DNA from: Candidatus Latescibacterota bacterium | Lineage (GTDB): Bacteria > Latescibacterota > UBA2968 > UBA8231 | Direction of reading: 5' to 3' | Length of the DNA: 64,000 nt | Assembly: GCA_965205655.1 (NCBI GenBank) | Contig: CBDBIJ010000029.1 | Location: 1 to 64,000, forward strand | In this document: positions 37,249-46,554 of the stretch, piece by piece | Layout: every line of letters begins with the position of its first letter | How positions within the stretch are numbered: the first letter of the stretch is position 1 | The notes under the pieces: generated by a model | Databases searched by the model: none | What the model was told of the DNA's origin: nothing | The model's input: the letters and a program-made list of their open reading frames with translations, nothing else | Position numbers and translations under genes: made by a program

Positions 37249-38109
37249 ATGGGTGAGGTACGCATTCGCAACACGACCCAAGACGAATCGGAATCGAAGA
37301 AGCGAGAGGTTCGCGCTCGCATCGAGCAGTCGAAGAACCTTCCCACGCTTCCGGATGTCGTCGTCCGCATCGTGGAGATGGTGGACAGTCCCCAGACAAC
37401 CGGACGCGAGCTGGCCGCAGAGATCGCCAAAGACCAGGTTGTCTCCGCCAAGGTTCTGAAGCTGGTCAACTCGGGGTTTTACGGGTTTTCGCAGCCGATT
37501 TCCACGATCCCTCACGCTGTGACCATGCTCGGCTTCGATGCGGTGAAAAGCCTCATCCTCAGTTCCTCAGTACTGGAAACAATGGACCAGGCCCTGCCCG
37601 GCCTGTGGCGACACTCGCTGGCGTGCGCTCGCACGAGCACCTTTATCGCCGAACACCTCGATCTGGCGGAGCCAGAGGAAATCGGGGTTGTGGGGCTGCT
37701 TCACGATCTGGGCAAAGTGATTCTGTATCAAACGCTCGAGGTCGAATTCGGCCAGGTATCGAGACGGGTCGACAAGAAGGACATGCTGTTCTACCTCGCA
37801 GAGAAGGAGGTGATGGGCTGCCACCACGCTGACATCGCCGGGTGGCTGCTCGAGAAATGGGCCCTGCCCGCCAAGGTCATCGAGCCGATCGCGGATCATC
37901 ACGATTTTCGTCCGAACCGCGACCACGCCCAGCGCACGGCGATCGTTCACTTCGCCGATGTTCTGGCGCGTGCTGAAGGGTTCGGCAGCGGGGCAGACCG
38001 CAAGATTCCGCGACTGGATCCCCGGGCGCTCGAAACTCTGTCGATGACGGTTGACGATGCAAAGGCGATAATGAACCGCATGAACGCGGAGCTCGCCGAC
38101 GCCATCTAA
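37249..38109 (+). CDS. HDOD domain signal-transduction protein
   Basis: LPTLP, D..SAKVLKLVNS.FYG, W.HS, GLLHDLGK, W.LP, HH. Confidence 0.93.
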   Translation: MGEVRIRNTTQDESESKKREVRARIEQSKNLPTLPDVVVRIVEMVDSPQTTGRELAAEIAKDQVVSAKVLKLVNSGFYGFSQPISTIPHAVTMLGFDAVKSLILSSSVLETMDQALPGLWRHSLACARTSTFIAEHLDLAEPEEIGVVGLLHDLGKVILYQTLEVEFGQVSRRVDKKDMLFYLAEKEVMGCHHADIAGWLLEKWALPAKVIEPIADHHDFRPNRDHAQRTAIVHFADVLARAEGFGSGADRKIPRLDPRALETLSMTVDDAKAIMNRMNAELADAI

Positions 38110-38128
38110 GACACTCCTCAATACTTCC

Positions 38129-39205
38129 GTGGATTCACAGCTCTCATCATTCCCCATGCCGCTAATGGTCGTCAATGGCGCGCTTGAGGTAGTTGACTAC
38201 AGCTACCGGGTCCTGGCAGCTCTCGATCTGACTACCGACACCGGTGCGGGTGTCGACACAGAGGCCTGCGGGAGAGGGGGAGATGCGCGCGCCGATCTGA
38301 CCGGCTTCCTATCGGGCGACGCCGCGCTCGGCGACAATCTGGCGCTGGCCACAGCGAGGCTCACCAGGCCGGCCGATGAGGAGAGCTTCCGCTGGACGCG
38401 GCACGGACGCACCTACGACGTGACGATTTGCGCCCAGCAACAAGAGAATAGCTTCCTGGTAGTGTTCGCCGACACCACCGATCAGCTGATGACGGAGGAA
38501 ATTCAGCTGAACGCCCGGCACTACCTGGAGCAAGTCCTGGGCGACATTCCCGTCGGCGTGATTGTATTGAATGATCAACTGCGAATCACCTCAGTCAATC
38601 GCCACATGCTGGAGTTGCTGGGGCAGACGGGCGTCGAAATGGATCTCGTCGGCGCAATCGGCGCAACCCTGACCGAATCGCTGCCCCCCGACACTGGCGC
38701 GCGTCTGCGGGAAATGTGTGCGGACGTGCCGCGGACCGGCGAGCGCTCCGCGGGATGGGAGCACCAGCACTCCACCGCGGCCGGCGATTTGGTGCTCACT
38801 ACGGAGGTGACACCGCTGCGCGACCAGGCCTCAGGGGTGGTCGGAGCCATCGTTATTTCGAGCGACGTCACCGAGCGCCGGCGTTTGGAGCAGGAGCTGG
38901 TGCGCATGGAGAAGCTCGCCACTGTGGGTGAGATGGTGGTGACGGTGAATCACGAAATCAACAATCCTCTCAGCATTATCTCCACCAACGCCCAGGCTCT
39001 CAGACTACTGAATCGCGATCTCGACGAAAAAGCGACGAAGAAACTCCTCAGCATCGAAGAGCAGGTGAAGAGGATCTCGGAGGTGACGGAGCGATTGCGG
39101 TCGATGGACGAAGTCGCCTCTCAGGAGTACATAGCCGACGGCCCTCAGATGATCGACGTGTGGAAGCGCTCAGCCGCACAGGATGACGGGGAGGACGAGG
39201 AGTAG
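38129..39205 (+). CDS. PAS + HisKA protein lacking the HATPase domain
   Basis: PAS (IPVGVIVLN...DVTERRRLE), H-box VNHEINNPL, ends about 80 aa later with no N/G boxes. Confidence 0.8.
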   Translation: MDSQLSSFPMPLMVVNGALEVVDYSYRVLAALDLTTDTGAGVDTEACGRGGDARADLTGFLSGDAALGDNLALATARLTRPADEESFRWTRHGRTYDVTICAQQQENSFLVVFADTTDQLMTEEIQLNARHYLEQVLGDIPVGVIVLNDQLRITSVNRHMLELLGQTGVEMDLVGAIGATLTESLPPDTGARLREMCADVPRTGERSAGWEHQHSTAAGDLVLTTEVTPLRDQASGVVGAIVISSDVTERRRLEQELVRMEKLATVGEMVVTVNHEINNPLSIISTNAQALRLLNRDLDEKATKKLLSIEEQVKRISEVTERLRSMDEVASQEYIADGPQMIDVWKRSAAQDDGEDEE

Positions 39206-39759
39206 ATGATGGCGATCCTGAAGGATGGGCGCGTCGGCGGGAAATGAATCGCTTTCTCAGACTACTCAACCTGCGGCGCACGGAAATCCGGCGCCTGTCG
39301 CTTGCGGCCGCCATCTTCATCCTCGTTGCGGTCAACGATGGCATCGTCAAGAGCGTCGCCGCCGGTGTGTTCAATATCCGCGCCGGCGTGGATCGCCTCC
39401 CGGAGATGTACACGTGGATCGCCTGGCTGTTCTCGCTAACGATGATCCTGCTGTCGTACCTGTCGACGAAGGTGCAACGGCAGCGGCGGCTGCTCGGTTT
39501 TCTCGGTTTTCTCGGCTTCGTCCTGCTGATCAACACCATCGTCCTCTGGTTCGAGCATACGCGCTCGATCGATCTGACGGGGACGGGATTCTACCCGTTC
39601 CTGTTCGTATCCTCCGAGCTCGTGCGCAATATGGCGAACTTCCAGATCTGGATAGCCGCCGGCGGCATATGCTACACGTCGCGGGCGAAGGTGTCCAGCG
39701 CCCCAGGGTTTTCTTGGACACATTAGAGGGTCCACATGGACCTGAAAGGAGTGTTCGAG

Positions 39760-40089
39760 ATGACTAAGCAGAAGAAGGGTGTTCGGGTCGGCCGATTCTC
39801 CGCTCGTCGAAAGCAGGAGGCGGTGTTGCGCCTGCTGCGTGGGGAGGACCTGGAGGTCCTGTCCCGGGAGTTGGGTGTGATGGCAGCCACGCTGAGTGAG
39901 TGGCGCGAGCAGTTCCTGGGTGGGGGTGAGTCAGCTCTGCACAGCCGTACCCGTGATGAGCGGGATGAACAGATCGCCCGCCTGAAAGCGAAGGTGGGGG
40001 ATTTGACGATGGACAACGAGTTGCTGGAGTCCAAGATCCATCGCCTGGAGGATGGACTCCCTTTGGCATCCCGGAGGTCGAAGCGATGA
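39760..40089 (+). CDS. IS3-family OrfA (HTH + leucine zipper)
   Basis: RFSARRKQEAVLRLL...LKAKVGDLTMDNELL; ATGA overlap with OrfB. Confidence 0.85.
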   Translation: MTKQKKGVRVGRFSARRKQEAVLRLLRGEDLEVLSRELGVMAATLSEWREQFLGGGESALHSRTRDERDEQIARLKAKVGDLTMDNELLESKIHRLEDGLPLASRRSKR

Positions 40090-40994
40090 GCCAGACCCAG
40101 TCGCCCTCCAGGAAGCGGCCGTACAGGCTGCAGCGTGTGTGTCGGGTCTGGCAGTTTCCTCGCTCCACCGTCCACGAGCATCGGCGTCGGGCGGCTCTGC
40201 GTCCGGAGGAGCGTCTTGAGCGGAAGAAACGAGGTCCCCAAGGGCCGTGTACCGACGATGAGCTAGCTGAGAAGATTCGCGAGTTGCTGAAGGCGTCCCC
40301 CTTTCACGGGGAAGGCTACCGCAAGATGTGGGCCCAGCTGCGGGCGCAGGACATCCGCACCTCGAAGGAACGCGTACGCCGTGTGATGCGCGAGCACGGC
40401 CTGCAGGTGCCGCAACGCGCCGGCCAGCCAAGGGGCCCGCAAGCACACGACGGGACGATCACCACCGAGCGACCAGACCAGATGTGGGGAACCGACTTGA
40501 CCACCACCGTGACCACCGGCGAAGGCACAGCTACGGTCTTCGTGGCTGTCGACCACTGCAGCTCGGAGTGCATCGGCATTCATGCAGCGGCCACAGGCGA
40601 CCGTTTCGAGGCCCTGGAGCCGATCCACCAGGGAGTCCGCGAACACTTCGGCGGCGGCGACAAGGGTATCGCCGGGGGGCTGCAGCTGCGCCACGATCAT
40701 GGCTCTGCGTACATGTCCGACCACTTCCAGAAACAGATCGACTTCCTGGGCATCGAGTCGTCGCCCAGCTTCGTGCGTGCCCCGGAGGGCAATGGCTGCT
40801 CCGAGCGATTCATCCGCACCCTCAAGGAGAATCTCCTGTGGGTCCGATACTTTGCCACGGTCGAAGAGCTCCGTCTTGCCCTGCTCGAATTCAAGAGAGT
40901 CTACAACGAGAAGTGGCTCCTCGAGCGACACAACTATCAGACGCCAAACCAGGTGCGCCGGAGCTTCCAGCAGGAGTTGTCCAAGGCGGCCTGA
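40086..40994 (+). CDS. IS3-family OrfB integrase-core (rve) transposase
   Basis: GYRK, WGTD, RHDHGSAY, PEGNGCSERFIRTLKE. Confidence 0.92.
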   Translation: MSQTQSPSRKRPYRLQRVCRVWQFPRSTVHEHRRRAALRPEERLERKKRGPQGPCTDDELAEKIRELLKASPFHGEGYRKMWAQLRAQDIRTSKERVRRVMREHGLQVPQRAGQPRGPQAHDGTITTERPDQMWGTDLTTTVTTGEGTATVFVAVDHCSSECIGIHAAATGDRFEALEPIHQGVREHFGGGDKGIAGGLQLRHDHGSAYMSDHFQKQIDFLGIESSPSFVRAPEGNGCSERFIRTLKENLLWVRYFATVEELRLALLEFKRVYNEKWLLERHNYQTPNQVRRSFQQELSKAA

Positions 40995-43809
40995 CCATCC
41001 GCCAAATCAGTGTCCAGAAACCCAGGGCTTTACAGGTGCTGTTTCCGCTACTGGCCGCCAGCACTACCCTCGGGGACATCGCGGGCGGTTTTCTCGTCAA
41101 GCTTTTGGGGCTGATCCTGGCGTCGTATCAGACCTACGGTCTGTCCGTCATAAACATGATTGTCGTCATCGCCCTGATGAGACCGCTCGTGAGACGGTAT
41201 TTCGTGGCACCGACCGGTGCCGGCGGGGAGGAGGAGGCAGCCAGTCTTCCCGAAAATCTGCGCTACTTCGGCCGCTCCACTTACCTGAAGCTGCTCTTTG
41301 TACTCTCCATCGCGATTTTCGCCCTCTACACGGCCATCCATTACGCTTTCAACGTCATCGCCCGGCAACACTACGCCTCGGAAGGGGACATCACCGCCTT
41401 CTTCGGGTTGTTCTTCGGCTTCGCGGGCGTCGCCACCCTCGTAGTAACGACCATGGCGCTGCGGCATATCCTGCGCCTGCTCGGGGCCGGTAACGTCTAC
41501 GCCTGGGTTTGTGTCGTTCACCTGGCCATCGCCGCCGTCCTGATGTCGGTGTTTCGCGACATCCTGCCGCTGCCGGTGGTGGGGGCCATTTTCGCCCTCA
41601 ACATTCTCAACTACGTCCTCCTCGACAGCGTCATCGCTCCGACCTATCAGGTGCTCATCAAGCTCGTTCCGCAACGTAACAGCGACGGCACGCGCATGAT
41701 CATGGAAGGGTGGGTTCATGCTCGTAGGAGGGCTTCTTGGGGCGGCGGTTACGGCGCTGCACGCCCGCGATTTTCTCACCATGGAGCAGTTCTTCGCCGT
41801 CCTCGCAGGAGTCAGCGCGCTGATGGTCATCGCCGGCTGGCGGCTCAAACGCAGCTACACGGAGGTTCTCGTACGAGCCGTGCGCGAGCAAAACTTCGCT
41901 GTAGATGACGAACAGGCCATGCAGTCGATGAAGGAGGTAATCGGTCGCTCGCCTGAATTTCCCCGAGGGCTGCTACTGCACAGCGATGACGGCGTACGGG
42001 AGATGGGGATAGAGATCCTGCGACAGAACGCGGAGGTGGCCGCCGGCGTTTGTCTGCCTCTCGCATCTCACGAAAATCCGAGAATACGGAGCGCCGCCCT
42101 CGATGCCTTGAGCGGCGCCAGGGCCGACGAGGAGTCGCTGGCGCCGGTGCTACCGCTGTTCGACGATGACGACGGGAGGTTCGACTGAGCGCGGCGCGGC
42201 TGGTGGGGCGCGCCATAGAGAGGACGGCTGACCCTGGCTCCGTTCACAGCAACGGTCCGCTGGCTGGCGATTTGCGGCGCCGGGTCATTGACGCCGTAGC
42301 ACCAAGACTCCTGCCGGACGCCGAGAATGCAGCCCTGCAGGCCGAGTTTCTTTTTATCCTGGAAAAATTGAGCGACGAGAATACGATAGCGGCTCGGGAG
42401 ATCATGCTGCGGGATCTCCTGGACAGCGAGGATGCTCAGGAGATCACCGCGGGCATCCAGGCGGCGACTCGTATGTCGGAGGCTGGAAGTCATCCGCAGG
42501 TGTTCGACCACCTCGAACACCCGCATCCTGGCGTGCGCGAAGCGGCCGTTCACGGGGTGGAGATCCTCGGGCACCCGGATATTTTCGAAGCGTTGCTACG
42601 CCTGCTCGGGGATCCCGATCCAGATGTGGTCGAGGCGGCTGTCGGCGCCCTGGCGCGGACATCTTCGAGCGATCATCGCGAACTCATGTTCGGAGCGCTG
42701 CGCTCGAGGCCCGTCAAAGAATGGGAAGGCCTGGTGGCGGCCCTCGCTCAGCAGGAGGATGACGCCGTCATGTCGCAGCTTCTGGAGTCGTGCAGGCAGC
42801 GGTTGCGAGAGGCGAACAGCTACATCGTCGTCGACGCAACTGCCAGATCGCAGTTCCCCGGATCCGCTACCGAGCTGCTCGGCGATCAGCTACAGCTCGA
42901 GTGCCGACGGGTGCAGAACGGGGTGATTCGGCTCTTGGGCCACCTCGGCGACGTCGATGTCGTCCTCGACCTCGTGGAGAGACTCAGCGAGGAGAATCTT
43001 GCAGCTCGGGAGAATGCGATAGAGCTTCTGGAAAACATCGGCGATCGCTCCCTTATGGAAATGCTGCTGCCGTTGCTCACCGACGACGAGGAGGAGCGAC
43101 TGACGCGGGCGAGGGAGATCAGCGGATTCGAGAGTCTGGCCCCGGACACAGCACTTGAATTCGCCCTGAATTCAACAGATACCTGGACTCAGATGGCCGC
43201 CGCGTGGGCGGCGGTCTCGGCGGACAGGGGATCGCTTCTCGAGCAGTTGCCGTCGCAAGTGGAGGGGCCGGTACAGGAAATCACCGAGCTGCTCCGAGTG
43301 AAAGGTGAAAGAGAGATAACAATGACCGAAGACCAACCACTGACGAGTATGGAGAAGATAACATTCCTGAAGGAGTCGCCGTTCTTCGCGGCACTGCCCC
43401 TCGAAGAGCTCTACTACATCGCTCTGTCGGTGCAGGAAGAGACCGTCAAACAAGGCACGACGGTGATCAAGCAGGGGACACTGGGCGACAAGATGTACAT
43501 CGTTGTGAGAGGCCAGCTGGAGGTTCGGGTTTTCGGGGAGGACGACACAGAGGGTCAGCAGGTTGCCGTCACCGGCGAAAAGCAGGTTTTCGGGGACATG
43601 GCACTGCTGGATGACGAGCCCCGCTCGGCCTCCGTCATCGCCCTCGAGGACTCTCGTCTGCTATCGCTGCAGCGGGGCGATCTCGAGCGCATCCTGAGAC
43701 GTTACTCTTCAATCGCCTTCAGCATGATGCGCATCCTATCGAGTCGCTTGCGAGAAAGCATGGCGGCGTGAGATGGCGCAGCGACTGGTCGCCGGCGAGG
43801 ACGACTCAA

Positions 43810-45223
43810 CTAGTGCCGTGTCCGTGACACGGCACTAGTCATTGTCAGCAGGTCGGGCTCGGCCAGCTTTTCGAAGAGCATGCAATATCCCCTCTGTCCT
43901 CGTTCGAAACTGCTGAGGCGAAAGAACTCATCCGGGGAGTGAGCGTTTTCGTCTTCGAGCGCAAAGGCGAAAACCACCGTGTAGACATCGAGCAGGTCGA
44001 GAAACAGACTGCACACCGGCAGCGTTCCTCCCAGCTTCGCGTAGTAGGGGGGATATCCGTACAGATCCTCCAGTACGGCGTGGGCGGCGCGGTTCCCCGG
44101 ATGATCGGCCGGCATGACATACGCTGTGGCAGCAGCCGGTTCGGGTCTGGCACTCACGTGCACGCCCGGGGGCGTGTGCGTCTCGATATGCGCCCTCACC
44201 AGAGACAGTATGCTCTCGGGTTCCTGGTCCGGCACGAGTCGGCAGGTGATCTTGCCGTGCGCCTCACTGGGAATCACAGTCTTTGTGCCCTCTCCCTGAA
44301 AGCCACCCCATATACCGTTGACTTCGAGCGTCGGCCGCACCCATGAACGTTCAAACGTGCTGTAGCCCGGTTCGCCGAACAACTCCTTCACGCCCAGCTG
44401 CTTTTTGAACGTCACCTCGTCATACGGGACCGCATCGATCAATGCGCGCTCGCCGGCGGTGAGCGGCGTCACGTTGTCGTAGAACCCGTCCACGAGGACC
44501 CTGCCATCGGCACTGTGCATCGAGCTCAACACGTCCGCCAGTGCGTGGATCGGGTTCTGGACCGCGCCGCCGTAGATGCCCGAGTGCAGGTCCATGCCCG
44601 GGCCCGTCACATCGACCTGCATGGCGCACAGCCCCTTAAAACCGATGAGGAGGGAGGGGCGCTCTTCGCTGCTCTGCGTACCATCGGCACTCAGCACGAG
44701 GTCACAGGTCAACCGAGAGCGCTGCTCGCGTATCAGTGTTTCCATATTCGGACTGCCGATTTCCTCCTCCCCCTCGAACAGGAGCTTCACGTTGATCGGC
44801 AGCGACCCCTGTGCCTCGAGCATCGCCTCGAGGGCGAGAATGGGGATGAGCATGTTGCCCTTGTCGTCTGACGAGCCGCGGGCGTAGACCCGCTCATCGC
44901 GGATGGTCGGCTCGAAGGGGGGATTCGTCCACAGGTGCTCCGGGTCGACTGGCTGGGTATCGAAATGCCCGTAGATGAGCACGGTCGGCTTTCCCGGCGC
45001 GCCGAGCCATTCACCGTAGACGGACGGATGTCCCCCCGTCTCGAGGGTCTCGACGTTGTCCATCCCCGCCGAGCGCAGGCGCCCGGCTACCCACTCTGCC
45101 GCGCACCTCACGTCGCCGGCGTGCTCGGACAGCGACGAGACGCTGGGAATGCTGAGGAACTGGGATCATCTCGTCTACAAAGCGCCTGCGGCTCTGCTCC
45201 AGACAGGCCTGCCATGCGGGCAT
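43810..45223 (-). CDS. M20 family dipeptidase, frameshift near 45165
   Basis: YGHFDTQP, ARGSSDDKG, EGEEEIGS, DLHSG, AHSPDE; N-terminus FLSIPSVS in another frame. Confidence 0.88.
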
Positions 45224-45239
45224 CGTCTTCTCCTATCAA

Positions 45240-46094
45240 TCATTCGCTCGCCGCAGCGACTCGCAGCATGGTGAGGTTTTCGATATCGTCCTGCAAATCT
45301 TCATCCTTCGGTGTCTCGATGACCATCGGGATGTCTTCTAGGCGTGAATCGTTGACGACGTTGTCGAAGCCATCGCGACCGATCTGTCCCCGTCCGATGT
45401 GTTCGTGTCGGTCGACGCGGGAACCGAGCTCTCGCACGCTGTCGTTGAGGTGCATGGATCGCGAGTCTGTCGAAACCGACGACGTCGTCGAATGCTTTCA
45501 TGGTCCCTTCGTACTCACCGGGCTCGATGACGGGGTAACCGGCGGCGAAAATGTGACAGGTGTCGAGGCAGACGCCCATCTGTGCCTCGTTGTCGACGCC
45601 GTCGATGATGTGAGCGAGCTGTTCGAAGGTGTAGCCGAGGTTGCTGCCCTGTCCCGCAGTCGCCTCGAGGCACAGTGTCACGTCGTTGTCAGGAAGCTCA
45701 TCGAAAACCCGGTTCAGGTTTTGCGGCGATTCTGTCCAATCCGACAGCCTCTCCCGATCCCACATGGGACCCTGGATGAAAGACGAGATTCGGAATGCGC
45801 AGGCGATTGCAGCGCCTCACCTCCTCCTCGAAGGAGTTGCAGGACTTTTCACTCAGAGCGGTGTCCGGAGAGGCGAGGTTTATGAGATAGCTGTCTGTGT
45901 GAGCAGACGACGGAGATCCCCGTCTCTTCCTGCTGCTTGAAGTACTCGTCGATTTCCCCGCTGGACAGTTTCTTGGCGCGCCATTGATTGTTCGATTTGT
46001 TGAATATCTGCACCACATCGCAGGTCGCTTTCTGGGCCCGTGTTATGGCGTTGAAGAGGCCACCGGCAATCGATTCGTGGGCTCCGAACAGCAT
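45240..46094 (-). CDS. nfo: Endonuclease IV, three apparent frameshifts
   Basis: [53 protein letters not shown] across four ORF pieces. Confidence 0.88.
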
Positions 46095-46099
46095 CGGTA

Positions 46100-46554
46100 C
46101 TATACCGGTTTGACCACGACGAGCACGACGATGACGATCATCAGCACCGTGGGAACTTCATTGAATAGCCGGTAAAACCGCTCGCTCCTCTCGTTTTCTC
46201 CCCGCTCGAACTGCTTGCGGAACTTTGCCATCATGGCCGTGGGCGGCGCCGAGGCCGAGGACGAACAACAGCTTGCGTGCATCCAGTGAGCCCGTGCCGG
46301 GCGCTCCTGCCTTGGTGACGATGATGAGGAGGATGCCCAGTCGCGAAAACGACGACACCCGAAGGATTGATGATCACCCGCAGCAATCGCCGCTCCATGA
46401 CCTCAAACTTCTGCGCCGCCTCGGACTCGAATCCCACCTGGCAGTGATAGACGAACAGCCGCGGCAGATACAGCAGGCCGGCCATCCAGGTGATGACGAA
46501 AATGACGTGGACGGCCTTCAACCAGAGGTACTGATCGACCAGAAATTCGCTCAT
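46100..46554 (-). CDS. hemJ: Protoporphyrinogen oxidase HemJ (UPF0093), frameshifted
   Basis: YLWLKAVHVIFVITWMAGLLYLPRLFVYH, MERRL, FYRLFNEVPT...VVVKP. Confidence 0.88.

Larger units (their letters stand above)
39694..41034 (+). mobile_element. IS3-family insertion sequence
   Basis: Imperfect IRs (GCCCCAGGGTTTTCTTGGACAC / GTGTCCAGAAACCCAGGGCTTTACA); DR GGTG at 39690-39693 and 41035-41038. Confidence 0.85.
39244..43771 (+). pseudogene. NTT/TLC-like MFS transporter + HEAT repeats + cNMP-binding domain fusion, interrupted by IS3 with frameshifts at ~41712 and ~42180
   Basis: Multi-TM N-terminus (GVDRLPEMY, FQIW...SRAKV|LFPLL rejoined across the IS), HEAT motifs (HPHPGVREAAV, DPDPDVVEAAV), cNMP (FGDMALLDDEPRSAS). 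Confidence 0.75.
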
